Of a DNA stretch of 64,000 nt, positions 21,121-52,197 are shown in pieces. The translations under genes were made by a program, and so were the position numbers. The stretch is taken from NCBI RefSeq assembly GCF_009914755.1, contig NC_060942.1; one strand, 5' to 3'. Each line of letters begins with the position of its first letter. The first letter of the stretch is position 1. The DNA is from the human T2T-CHM13v2.0 reference genome, Homo sapiens. Under the pieces are notes generated by a model. That model searched no databases. It worked only from the letters and a program-made list of their open reading frames with translations, and was not told the DNA's origin.

Positions 21121-21337
21121 CAACCCTGTGTCGAAGCTGGGAGACAGCTTCCTTCTCATCCACCCACTACCACTCAGCCCAACAACCAGCTCACTCTCCT
21201 TCACCCTCTGCCACTCACGCACACACCCTCCTCTTGCCACCATCCCTCTTCTCCATTTCTAGCCAAAAATTAGCAGGGAGGAGCCAGAAAGCCCAACAGA
21301 GACCGTGAAACAAATATCAAATTAAAAGTATTTTACT

Positions 21338-23320
<1,983 letters not shown>

Positions 23321-23449
23321 TCACTATTGGCAAAAGCTTTCTAACATGCATTGCCTATCTAGGTCACAGTTTGCTAATGTCTTGTAGCCTGGATGGTTTT
23401 ATTGATCCCCGAGAGAACTTTTATTATCCTGAGGGAAAACAGACTGGAA

Positions 23450-24780
23450 AGAGGACGGGAAATTTGTTTGGCTTTGGAATAGTGGTGGGGGAGGAATAAA
23501 TGGGAAGAAGGAACGTGGGGAGAGATGGACGCTAAGCAGGAGAGATGGGGCGAGGGAGAGGGGACCACAGCCACGCAGAATGGAAGAGCAAGAAGAGCAG
23601 GGAGAGCGTGAAGGCGTGAGAACCGAGGCAGGGCAGGGGACTTCAGAGGCAGAAGCCCTTCAGAAGCTCTGCAAATCCAAATGCTAAGAAGAACATGCAG
23701 TCATTTTGACAAGGGCAGGTCAGAAAATGCCACGCGTGCGCACAGAGGACGGAAGGCCAGGACCCGCCGCCAAGCAGGGCTGTCGGGGACTGGTCGCCTC
23801 CTCTGGGCAGCGTCAAAGGGCAAGATTGGTCTGGTCCTCTTTCTAACACCTCCCACCCGGGATGCAGCCAAGAGTGGCTGCAGCCTAATTTTCTACATGT
23901 AAACAATGACCTCAGTGATGCCCACGGGGCCCCTCTCTGGCCTTCTCCCCCTGGGAAAAGACTGAGTTCTCGACGGGCATCCCCTCCCCCTCCGGAACCA
24001 AGGGCTCTGGGATGTTGACAGCCCCCGCCACCTCTGAGAAGGGCAGGCCGTGGAAAACCATCTCCTCCCTTCCTTCCCCCTCTGCCTTTCCTAGCTGGGG
24101 CCTCTGCACAATGCAGCTGGGCCAGGCCCTGTTGCTAAGGGAACCAGCAGAGGGCCCAGCCCCCTCCCCATAGAAATAACCCCAAGAGAGGAGTGAAGGA
24201 TTCACTTGCCCTCATCTCCAGGCTTTGGAGGAGGGTAGGTGCCTGGCCAGCAGAGTGGCCACTGCTCACTGGCCCAGAGGAAGCAAGGCCACCAGCCTGA
24301 TCCCACTTCTCCCTCCGGCCCATCTTCACTCCCCTCTCCTCAACCACAAGCCCCGCCAAAATAGAGACCCCCGGCTTTGCTCCCCTGCTGCAGGAAGGGA
24401 GAGCCACCGCCAGACACTGCCTGCCTGGTCCTCCTGTTCTGATCTCACCCGGTGCTTGGAATCAAAGAGGACCTGGCTTCCCTCTCGGGATACGTGATTT
24501 TCTTTGGTTGTGACTCATTGTCTGTAAATGTTGCTGGAGATGAATCAGACCCCACCTGCTACCTGCGGCTGAGATGCTGCCAACAGACACAGAAAGGTGT
24601 GCCGCAGCCACCACCCGCCTCCTCTCTCCCAGCTCTGAAGGAGCCCACAGCTCCCATGGGATGAGGTCTTCATCGTGGCTTTCAAGGCCTTCCTTAGAGC
24701 CTTTGGATCAGGGAAGCCTGCCCTAAACTGCACATTAGTGTCCATGACTCACCTTTGAAAAATTCCCATAACCAGGCCTC
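23450..24780. promoter_or_regulatory. Candidate enhancer / internal promoter
   Basis: Alu-free GC-rich island with FOX (TGTAAACA 23898), RUNX (AACCACA 24342), MEF2-like (CCAAAATAG 24356), ETS (CAGGAAG 24391) and AP-1 (TGACTCA 24511, 24745) motifs. Confidence 0.5.
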
Positions 24781-25261
24781 ACCCGACCCTGCAAATACAG
24801 ATGCAGTTACTCTGGGCAGGGACTCAGAGCAAGGAGTTTTTTAAGTGCCCCAGGTCCTGGGCTGAGAGCACCTAGTGGCTGTCTCAGATGCTCTAGCTCA
24901 GCCGAGATCCAGTGGCTTGTCCAAGTTCACATTGTCGGCTGGAGAGCTGGAGCAACAACACAGGATTCATGCCTTGAGCACAGTGTTCTATCATAGGATT
25001 TTCCTACTTAAAAAAGTAATTTGATAAAATTATTTTGGAAATGTATACAATATAGAAAGGTAAAAAGAAGTCCATTAAATCACCCCTAAACCTCAACACC
25101 CGGAGGTAAGCACTGTTAACATTGTGGGTTGTGTTTTTATTTATTTTCAAATATTTAATGTGTAAAACAGGTCATACAGAACACACAGCTGTGCGTCCTG
25201 CCCAGCCAAACTGACCATGTTTTTAGCAGGCTGTTGGCAAAGAGTGTCAAGAATATCTTAG

Positions 25262-27766
<2,505 letters not shown>

Positions 27767-27814
27767 AAACACCTTCTTTACAGGGATTGTGGTGAAAGCA
27801 AAGCAGATGCAGGA

Positions 27815-28270
27815 ATGCAACAACCATCATTTATTTGCTCACAGTTTTGCAACTGGGGCTGAGCAGGCAGGGACTGCTTGGCAGCTGAGGTGGATCAACA
27901 GGGCTGGAGGATCTACCTCCATGTGGATCACTCGGAGTTGGTGACTTGGTGCTATTGGCTGGGAGTTCAGCTGGCACCATGGTCCTGGAGCCTCAATTGT
28001 ACTCCACTTGGACTTTCCAGGTGGCTTAGGGACTTCCCATAGCATGTCAGCTGGGTCTTTCTAAGAGAGGGGAAGCAGAAATTGCCAGGCCTCTTAAGGA
28101 TTAGACCTAACTGGCAGAGCATAACTTCCATCACATCCTATTTGTCAAAGCCGTCATAGGCCAGCCCAGATCCCAGCGGGTGGAGAGATAGGCTCCACCT
28201 CTCCAAAAGGGAGTGGTAGGTGCATGGGAGGAAAGAAAAAATAATGACAGCTATCTTTGAGATAAGTCCC
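27815..28270 (-). mobile_element. MLT1 (H/F-like) MaLR LTR
   Basis: atttatttgctcacagttttgca...ctattggctgggagttcagctgg...cacatcctatttgtcaaagccgtcataggccagcccagat. Confidence 0.75.
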
Positions 28271-29789
28271 CACCTTAGGGTTTCTGCAGCCTTGTCTAGT
28301 AGAAGAGATGCTCAATAGTTTGCATTTACTGAACTCTTAAAGCTTGTTACTTTTGTCCCAAGATTGCTTGGATTGCTGCCACAAATCATGATTTGACTTT
28401 TTCCTCTTGCTGTGATTAGTCATGATATTCCAAGTAAATATTAAGCTCTTTGAGGGCAAGACTCTTATCTACAGTAAACAATTTTTATTCCCCCCACAGA
28501 GATGTACACATTGTTAACTGTGAATATGCAGCATTTGACTTATTTTCAGCCCTAGCACTTGATTTATTGACAGCCGTAGTACACGGAAGGGAACACAAGA
28601 GTTGCTTTTATTGAATTTTTGTTGGGTCAGGAGGCTTTCTGGGCTCTGAGGAAGACTCAGAGAAACGGCTCCTTTGTTCTCCAGCCCTGCCCAGCCCAGA
28701 GCCTTCCAGAAGGGAAAACTCAGTGAGGAGGCTGCAGACTGCCGAGGGCGTGTTGAGGAAATTCCATTCAAGACCCTCATTTCCGAAAGTGCTCTGTGAT
28801 TAGCCCGGCTTTGTGCCAGCCCCAGTCCAGAGGCAGAGAGGCCAGCCCTTAGGTCACCAAAAGCATCAGGAAAATACAAATGCGGGCCCCTTTACAGCCC
28901 GGCACAGGAGGTTAAAGGATTTGCTTTGTAGTTTGTTTATCTCACAGACTGAAGCCAATTATCCCAATTACTAAAAAAATAAAATAAAGTTTACTACAGA
29001 TTGTATTTTTAAGTTCATTTAATCTCCAAAACAGGCTGCTACACACAGTTTTCCTTTGGTTCCAACAACTCACGCCCAGTCTCTGTGGCAGGGAAGACAG
29101 CCCCTAAGGGTCACATGTCCAAGGGCCAGGGGAGGTCAGAGGTCACTTAATGGTTCCCAAATGCGCTAGCAAGTAGTCATAGATTTGAACTTTGCATTGT
29201 TGCTGCGGACCCAGGGCCTTCTTGGGAGGGGAGAGCTGGGGGAGCTATCTCTGCAGTTCAAAGGCGGCCGCTGCGGTTTCACTTGGCTTAAGGTTTCAGT
29301 CCTTGAATCCTAAACACTATCCCCACTGGCCTCCTGTGCATGGGAGGTGGGGGGTTGGGACTTGGGATGGACATTCTGTGTAACCCCAAACTGCAAGCCC
29401 TGCAGCTTCACGGTGGCCTCGGAGCTGGGAGACCCTCAGGATCAGCATCAGAGGCTGAAAATACTGGTGACTATTTTCAGAAGCCCATGAGTATTGATGC
29501 AGAATGCAGAAGGCCCAGACCAGCCAAGAGCTCCTCACCTCCAAGCCCAGTCAGGACTCTGGGATTCAGAAATGCACCCCAAGTTCTAGCCTTAACCACC
29601 AGCAGAGTGGGTGTTTGCTAGACAGTGTGAGTTGAAAAGGAAGTCAAAGGTCCCAGATGGTATGGTCCCCTCAAATAAGCATCTCCACATATACCTGAAA
29701 ATCTACCATAAGTATGATGTATATTTATATCTATTGACATGGAAAGATGTGTTAAGATACAGAAAGTGCAAAATGCAAGCCACAGATCT

Positions 29790-30543
<754 letters not shown>

Positions 30544-30562
30544 TAAAGTAATGCGATCCACC

Positions 30563-30880
30563 TGTTAGGGACTAAATGTTTGTGCCCCTCCCCCGCAAAT
30601 TCATAGGTTGAAATCCCTACCCCCAAGGTAATGGTATTAGAAGGTAGAGCCTTTGGGAGGTGATTATGTCATAAGTGGAGCTTTGGGAATGGGATTAGTT
30701 CACTTATAAGAGGAACATCCCAGAGAAGTCAGCATCTGCAACCTGGAAGAGAGACCTCACGAGAACCTGATCACGCTGGTACCCTAATCTCAGACTTCCA
30801 GCCTCCAGACCTGTGAGAAACAAAATTCTGTTGTTTTATAAGGCATGCCATCTATGGTAATTGGTTATAGCAGCCTGCAC
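30563..30880 (+). mobile_element. MLT1A-like MaLR solo LTR
   Basis: tgttagggactaaatgtttgtgcccc...caaattcataggttgaaatccctaccccc...cagacttccagcctccag. Confidence 0.85.
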
Positions 30881-30918
30881 CATCTGAGTGGATGTTTGCT
30901 TTCTTTAAAGTTTCTTTG

Positions 30919-33160
<2,242 letters not shown>

Positions 33161-33177
33161 TGCTTGCTTCTGCAAAC

Positions 33178-33374
33178 GAGGAATCAGCACGCTATAGCCT
33201 GCAGGCAAATCTGGCCTGCAGCCTGTTTTTGTACTATCCACAAGTTAGGAATGGCTTTTCCATTTTTTACAGCTTGTAAAGAAAAAATGAAAATGCAACA
33301 GAGACCATATGTGGCCCACAAAGCCTAAAAGATTTATTACCTGGCACTTTAAGGAAAAAGTTTGTTTATCTCTG
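33178..33374. mobile_element. MER58 hAT transposon relic
   Basis: caaatctggcctgcagcctgtttttgta...cagagaccatatgtggcccacaaagcctaaaagatttattacctggcactttaaggaaaaagtttg. Confidence 0.9.
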
Positions 33375-33606
33375 CTATTTGCCATCAAAAAGTCAAGGGT
33401 TTTTTCTGTCCTTTGCCTTCCTGCACAAATAGAGGTGGGTGGTTTCATATTTTTGTTTGTTTTTAAGTTAAAGGGGATTTAAAGATGTTTCTAAGCATGG
33501 AACAGAAGCCAGTGGCGATAAAGGACGGGAGCAGTTGGAAAAACAGAAGAGAGGGATGTTAATTAAAGGAGCATGGTCTTGAAAAGAATGGTTTGAAGAA
33601 GCAAGT

Positions 33607-34716
<1,110 letters not shown>

Positions 34717-34822
34717 AAGGGTCACCTCTTTCTCTAAGGCTGGTGGAAATGGCTTAGGATCTCGTCCAATGGAGAAGACGCTGGGATGGGAGGAGTGGGA
34801 TAAAGGTGCGATGGGCCTGTCA

Positions 34823-35419
<597 letters not shown>

Positions 35420-35592
35420 TCAGGAAAACCTGCCAAAGACTTGCAAATGGGCAAGAGAATCCTGGTGACCTTGTGGTAGTAGAGTGCTGGGTGTTTCTAG
35501 AGGGCCTTCCAGGAATGATCTGACTCCAGAGGCATGTGTCTTGGGTTGTTTGTGATTGGCTAAGCTATTTAACAATTCTGTAGGGATAAAGT

Positions 35593-36837
<1,245 letters not shown>

Positions 36838-36899
36838 TTAATAGGCCGGGCAGCCTCCTTCCACGAGCACTGTGTGTGCCACACATTGCCTAGGAATTA

Positions 36900-37267
36900 A
36901 GAAAACTACAATTTGCACATTGCTTTCTCAGCTGTAGGAGCTGTTTTTCAACCCTGTGAGTTTACAAAACTGATAGTAATGATTCCTGCACAGACATGCA
37001 AATGAATTTTGTCCAGTTGAGGTGCAATTGATCCCAACCTGCTACCACCACCACCTCTGAAGCCAGTTTTGCCTCTATTAATAAAGGTACTCACTCAGCG
37101 TTCCTAACTGACTATATATTTATGTGTCTTGCTGTTTAGCGTCTCCTTCAAATTGGTTTTTAAAGCTTTACTGGCTCCCCCATTAATTAATGAGTTAAAT
37201 AAAATCCTTGACACATATCTATTTTATAGCTGTATGAAACTCATTTCATTTTTTAAATGATTTTACA
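36900..37267 (+). mobile_element. LTR37-like ERV1 solo LTR
   Basis: gaaaactacaatttgcacattgcttt...gaattttgtccagttgaggtgcaattg...aataaaatccttgacacatatcta...ttttaca. Confidence 0.65.
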
Positions 37268-37292
37268 ATGTTTTTAAACAAATAATCTGTCA

Positions 37293-37357
37293 GGATTCTC
37301 TCTGAACCTATTCTGGTTCTGGAGGCTGCCTGATTCGCAAATTAAAAAAAAAAAAAA
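37293..37357 (+). mobile_element. Short poly(A)-tailed MER57 LTR-derived insertion
   Basis: The 51 nt at 37293-37343 align without gaps to 12819-12869 of the in-window MER57 LTR (39/51 identical by hand), followed by poly-A; flanked by atctgtc repeats. Confidence 0.75.
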
Positions 37358-37366
37358 TTATCTGTC

Positions 37367-41933
<4,567 letters not shown>

Positions 41934-42095
41934 TGAAGTGATTTTTCAGTGATTTTCCATGCCCCACTCATCTGAACTTTAATCCTGCATTTCTCTGTGC
42001 CAGCCTACATTTGTTGTCCTCACAACATTAAAGGTTCTTGACTGCACCCACTGTGTCTCTATTCCATCCAGCCCAATGTCTGACTCTCAGAAGGT

Positions 42096-43114
42096 TGTGT
42101 TAATTTTCCATTGCGCATGACAAATTATCACTGCGGGGCATGGTGGTGTGCACCTGTAGCCCCAGCTACTCAGGGTCTGAGGCCAGAGGATGCCTTGAGT
42201 CCAGGAGTTCTGGGCCTTAGTGCACTATGCCAAGTGTCTGCACTTATCAGGTGTCTGCACTAAGTTTGGCATCAATATGGTGACCTCTCGGAAGTGAGGG
42301 ACCATTAGGTTGCCTAAGAAGGGGTGAATCAGCCCCGGCCAGAAATGGAGCAGGTCAGAACTCCCATGCTGATCAGTAGTGGGAACGTGCCTGAAAATAG
42401 CCACCACACTCCAGCCTGGGTAACATAGTGAGACCCCTTCTCTAAAACAAAATAAACATAACATAGTGAGACCCCTTCTCTAAACTCATAACATAGTGAG
42501 ACCCCTTCTCTAAAACAAAATAAAAATAAACAAATTACCACAAACACCGAATAGGTGTTGAAACCAGCACCTATTTTAAACTCACAGTTTTGCAGGTCAG
42601 AAGTCTGGGCAGGCCCATCTGGGTTCCCTGCTCTGGTATCACAAGGCTAAAACCAAGACGTTGGCTAGGCTGGACTCTAGGGAAGAAGCTGCTTCCAAGT
42701 TCATTCAGCTTGTTGGCAAAATTTAGTTCTGTGCAGCTATGAGACTGAGGTCCCTGCTACCTTGTGGGCTGTCAGCCATGGGTCACTCTCATCTCCTAGA
42801 AGCTGCTCTTTGGTCCTTACCTGTGACCTCCTCCATCTTCAAGGTGCATCAAATTCTTATGCTTTCAATCTCTCTGACCTCCCTTTTTGCCATCAACTGG
42901 ATAAAACTCTCTGCTTGTAATGGATTTGTGATTAGATTAGAGCCCCTGGAAAATCCCCCTTTGATTAACTCTGAATCAACTGATTAGTGACCTTAATGAC
43001 ATCTGCAAAACCACATTTTGCCAGGTAATGGAGCCTAATCAGGGTATTCCTAGACCATGGGATGAGAACAGGAAATTTCATGAATGGGGTCACTTTAGGA
43101 TTTTTCCTACCACA
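42096..43114 (-). mobile_element. MLT1E-like MaLR LTR hosting the 7SL retrocopy
   Basis: tgtgttaattttccattgc...acaaatta(t/c)cac...ctcacagttttgcaggtcagaagtctggg...caactgattagtgaccttaatgacatctgcaaaa...cctaccaca. Confidence 0.85.
42133..42530 (+). pseudogene. RN7SL: Full-length 7SL (SRP RNA) processed pseudogene with triplicated 3' end
   Basis: Contains the S domain absent from Alu (ggagttctgggc...gcactaagtttggcatcaatatggtgacctc...aggttgcctaagaaggggtgaa...gagcaggtcagaactcccatgctgatcagtagtggga); A-rich tail; imperfect TSD acaaatta(t/c)cac at 42120-42131 and 42530-42541. Confidence 0.95.
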
Positions 43115-43570
43115 AGTGTCTCGGAATATACGCAAGAGCAAGAATTATTGGGGTAGGATGATCTCCACCCAAGCAATTTCTGTCTACTGTCCTTGCTATG
43201 ACAAATCCTGACCTGGCCCATGACCGGCTAACAACTGTGTAGACCTAACTGGATGCCATGATCCCAACTGGGTACCTCATGTACACAGTAGAGGGAGCCG
43301 AGTGACACCAACACTCACATCTGGTTCCCTCTGGCAAGTCCAAGGGTTATCTAATGCACTAGCCCCTCAGCCACACTCAGAGACTGCTTTCCTAAATTGG
43401 GACAGAGATCATTCTTGATCCTTTAGCTTTAAAAGACACCATTTCACATTCCCTAAACTCATCCCCTAGAGCCTAGACTCTAGACTGGTCTAGGGTCCTT
43501 TGCTTGAGAGTAAATCTTTTCCATTCACCCCTCAATCCTTGGTTTCTTAGTCTTTTAATTTGTATTTTGT

Positions 43571-43922
<352 letters not shown>

Positions 43923-44379
43923 TTAGTGCATACCCTCCCCTGTACCCACAGCTTCCTTCCTTCTCTCTGCAGCTCCCAAAAGCCTTTCTTCTTCTCTAAC
44001 TACAGGTGTGAGAACCTCCACTCCCCACCCCAGATGCCCCTATTTCAGTGTCTTGCCACAGGTCTCTCTTGCTAACTCTGTATGTCAAATGCCTGGCACA
44101 TGGCAGCCATCAGTTTCTATCCTCAAATTGACTAAATGATTGAATGTATGAATGAATTGGTGAGTTGAGTCATCTATTACTCTATCAGCACCATGGGACT
44201 GCCTCTCTGTTTATAGGATCGTTCATTCATGTATCCCTAGGAATACAAAGATAAATGTGAATAGGATAAACATTTTTCCTAGACTGTTGAAGAATTTGTG
44301 CTCAGTATAAGATCTGGGGCATTTCATACCTTTGGGTTAAGTTTTCTGAGCCCAAAAATGTCTTTAAAAATCAACTTCT

Positions 44380-44485
44380 GTGCTTACTTTGGCAGCACAT
44401 ATACCAAAATTGGAACAATATGGAGAAGATTCACATGGCCCCTTTGTAAGGATGACATGCAAATTCATGAAGCATCCCATAGTTT
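44380..44485 (+). pseudogene. RNU6: Full-length U6 snRNA processed pseudogene
   Basis: gtgcttactttggcagcacatataccaaaattggaac...aaggatgacatgcaaattcatgaagcatcccatagttt is colinear with U6; ACAGAGA box changed to ATGGAGA and AGC triad to CAC; TSD aaatcaacttct at 44368-44379 and 44499-44510 at a TTT/AAAA L1 endonuclease site. Confidence 0.97.
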
Positions 44486-45358
44486 AAAACAGTAAAATAA
44501 ATCAACTTCTAGAAGCACAAGCTACTGTCAAATTTAATCATTATGACTCCAGGTCTGCCAATCCAAAGAGTGATCGAATTTCTTTCTTTTGTGAAATACA
44601 GCATTCTCTTTGTTTTTCACTAAAAGAGACACTTAAATTTGCTTCCCACCAGGTCTGAAGCTGGTGCCTAATGTGGCTGAAAATGTTATTGAGCCCAGTG
44701 AGGAAATCCAATGCCCTCGGGCTGCCGGGCTGAATGGCAGCCCTGTTTCCAAGGGCATCCTCCTTTGTCTGCCTGGAGTCTCAAATGACATGTTTGGACA
44801 CAAAGCCTCTTAGGTAGAAATTACTACATTAGCAGACATTCCTAATTTGCAGCTAGGTTTATTATTTCAAAGTCTTTTATCACGATTAGACTTCAATGAG
44901 GTTTTACAGCTGTGCAGCAACCCTCATTTGGAAATATGTTTTATTATGCTGTTTATTAGTTTTTCTCGTTTATCTTTCTTTTTTAAGGTCTCCTCTTTGA
45001 AAGACAGCCATCTGCGTTGAAATTTTCCAGGGAGGATTTTACTCTCTTCCCATCAAGGTCATTTTGTAACCTCTCTGAGATACTTATCGTTATGAGTTTA
45101 AAACCTTTCTATGTGAAGACAGCAGAGAGGAGATTGCTGACGGGGCCTAGGAAAGTCAGAGTCCTTGTGGAACTGGGGGAAAGAGAGGCCATTTTCCTAA
45201 CGACTATTATTCTGAGGCTGGAGATTAAGTAGCTCCTTATACAGGCTGCTTTAGGCCAAGGAACTCTGGAGCATAGGAATCATAGGAGAGCAGGTGTGTT
45301 TCCCCCACTCACTAACTGCATTGATTATATTTTATAATGATTATGATTGTGGTTATGA

Positions 45359-45998
<640 letters not shown>

Positions 45999-46554
45999 TC
46001 TCTATTTTCTATATTCTTGATGCTCTGGTATCTGGGGGCTCGCTGACTTGGAAGAGACTGCCCTTCCCAGGGTTAGCCAATTTTTAGAGAGAGCAAACTC
46101 GTCCCCTGGTAGTGGGCCTTTCGTATGCAAACTAACGGATCCAGATCCCATACTCCAAGCCACCTTCTTTACCTGGCTCTTACACTCCAGGAGGCAAAAT
46201 TCTTTTGCCCCAATCATCCCACGGCCAGATACTAGATGACTCGAGACACCCTCTAAGCCCCAGAGCCTGCAGAAATTATTCCAACTGGCCAATCCTAAAC
46301 CTGCCTACTCTGTTGACCCTGCCGTGCCCAACCCCTCCTGTGAAAACCACAGTAAAGTTTCTCACCCTCGCTTTCCCCTGGCCCTTTCTGCCTCCTGACC
46401 CACCTGGTGTTACCCGATAGGATCCTGAATGCTGGGCCGAGGCTCCTGTTTCTAAGGAACTCTGAGTATAAAAGCTATCTTTTCAATGGTGGTCACCTCC
46501 TGATCTGTTGGCCTCACCATACCTGAATAATAACAAAACCAACATCTTAAAACA
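45999..46554 (+). mobile_element. MER74 ERVL solo LTR
   Basis: attttctatattcttgatgctctggtatctggggg...gactgcccttcccagggttagccaat...tatgcaaac...cctcaccatacctgaataataacaaaacc. Confidence 0.85.
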
Positions 46555-46769
46555 CAGCTCCAATCTCACACTCCCAGAAAGTGAGAAACAGAAGAGAAAC
46601 CAAAACCTATGATTACCAGTTCAATCCAGAACACTGAGAGACAGAGGAGGCTCTGACGGAGAAGGGCTGCGACCAACATCTTCTGACTGTGAACACTGTC
46701 CAAGTCAGCTTCATCAAGAGCTTGGAAAGTGGACGTTTTGTCAGGCTCATTTTGCCGATGGGCAACTAC

Positions 46770-47810
46770 TGTTATGGGTGGTGAGTCCCTACGGGTCTGT
46801 AGCATCCTCACTTCTTGCCTCCTCAGATAAAAGAATTCGACCGAGAGGCATAAGGCAGAGGAGAGACCCAGGCAAGTTTTAGAGCAGGAGAGAAAGTTTA
46901 TTAAAAAGCTTTAGAGCAGGAACGAAAGGAAGGAAAGTACACTTGGAAGAAAGCCAAGTGGGCAACTTCAGAGATCAAGTGTGCGGTTTGACCTTTTGAC
47001 TTGGAGTTCTATACATTGGCATACTTCCGGGGTCTTCCATCCCTGCTCCTGTGATTCTTCCCTTGGGTGGGCTGTCCACATGCGCAGTGGCCAGCAAGCG
47101 CTTGGGAGGGGAGCATGCGCAGTGTGTTTACTAGAGTTGTACGCATGCTCACTTGAGGCGTTCTTCTCTTAACCAGTGAAATAGTGAAATGTCCCTAGAA
47201 GGTCATATACAAGTTAAACTCTGTCATTTTGCTTCTTCTTTTTTTTTTTTTTTTTCTTTTTCTGAGACGGAGTCTCGTTCTGTTGCCCAGGCTGGAGTGC
47301 AGTGGCACGATCTCGGCTCACTGCAACCTCCGACTCCCAGGTTCAAGTGATTCACTGCCTCAGCCTCCCAAGTAGCTGGGATTACAGGCACCCGCCACCG
47401 CGCCAGGCTAATTTTTGTATTTTTAGTAGAGACAGAATTTCACCATGTTGGCCAGACTGGTCTCAAACTCCTGACCTCAGGCGATCCGCCCACCTCGGCT
47501 TCCCAAAGTGCTGGGATTTCAGGGCTGAGTAACCAAGCCCGGCCTACCGTTTTGCTTCTTAATGCGCATGCTCGGGCCCACTCGCCCACCTCCTGAGATC
47601 TTATCCGGAAGCTGCTGATCACCAGCTTTAGGTATTTCTGTTTATTGGGAGATTGCCTTTCCCTGGTGCTGGCTGGGACCAATTATTATTTAGAGAGACG
47701 GCTAACAACCACCTGCCCATCACCTGATGGTTGCCTGACATTCCTGGTGTGTGGGTGGGTGGGCAGCACTCTCTGCCCTGCTCATGCCTGAGTAGCTACC
47801 TACAGTAACA
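46770..47810 (-). mobile_element. LTR9-family ERV1 solo LTR interrupted by AluS (-, 47238-47544)
   Basis: Minus-strand start tgttactgtaggtagctactcaggcatgagcagggcag...caggaatgtcaggcaaccatcaggtgatgg; TG...CA termini; 4-bp TSD ctac/ctat. Confidence 0.85.
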
Positions 47811-48138
47811 CTATGACTTCAGGAAGTTAAATAGTTTGTCCAGGGCCACAAAGCCACACTAGTAGGCACTACAGCCAAGATGAAAACTCAGTGTTATTTA
47901 ATTGGTACTCAGTGCTAGCCCAACTCCAATCTTTATCTCAACTCCTACCCTCTGCACCTCCTACTTCATATGGGAGCTTCTCCTGGTTTCTATTCCTGAA
48001 TAGTTTTGCTGTCTGTCAAACGCCTTAAAATGGAAGACATGACTACTTATGGTCTTGCGCCTTCTGCTAATTGTATTTCAGACAATCAGTGGTTTTTCCT
48101 GATATCTGATGTCCTGCAGTGTAGACTTCTTTGAGCTA

Positions 48139-48571
<433 letters not shown>

Positions 48572-48709
48572 TCAGCTGCCAGATTGCGAGGTACAAAATA
48601 TACAAGTAGAAAGAGTAGAGGAGACCATTGAGGACTTCCTGGACTAGATCAGGACTTTAAAGGATGGAAAACAGTTGGGTAAAGAAAAGATAGAAGGATT
48701 GTTTTCGGA

Positions 48710-52197
<3,488 letters not shown>

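Noticed and set aside
20777-21308. His/Thr-rich and Cys/Val-rich ORFs resembling metal-binding peptides
   Set aside because: Translations of the (TG)n/(CA)n tract; the same applies to 635-859 and 59880-60278.
42421-42530. Three ~26-nt direct repeats with short spacers, superficially CRISPR-like
   Set aside because: Duplicated 7SL 3' end with A-rich tail remnants in eukaryotic DNA; no unique spacers and no cas genes.
44380-44485. Functional U6 gene
   Set aside because: Catalytic motifs mutated, CpGs decayed, flanked by a TSD and no upstream PSE/TATA arrangement.
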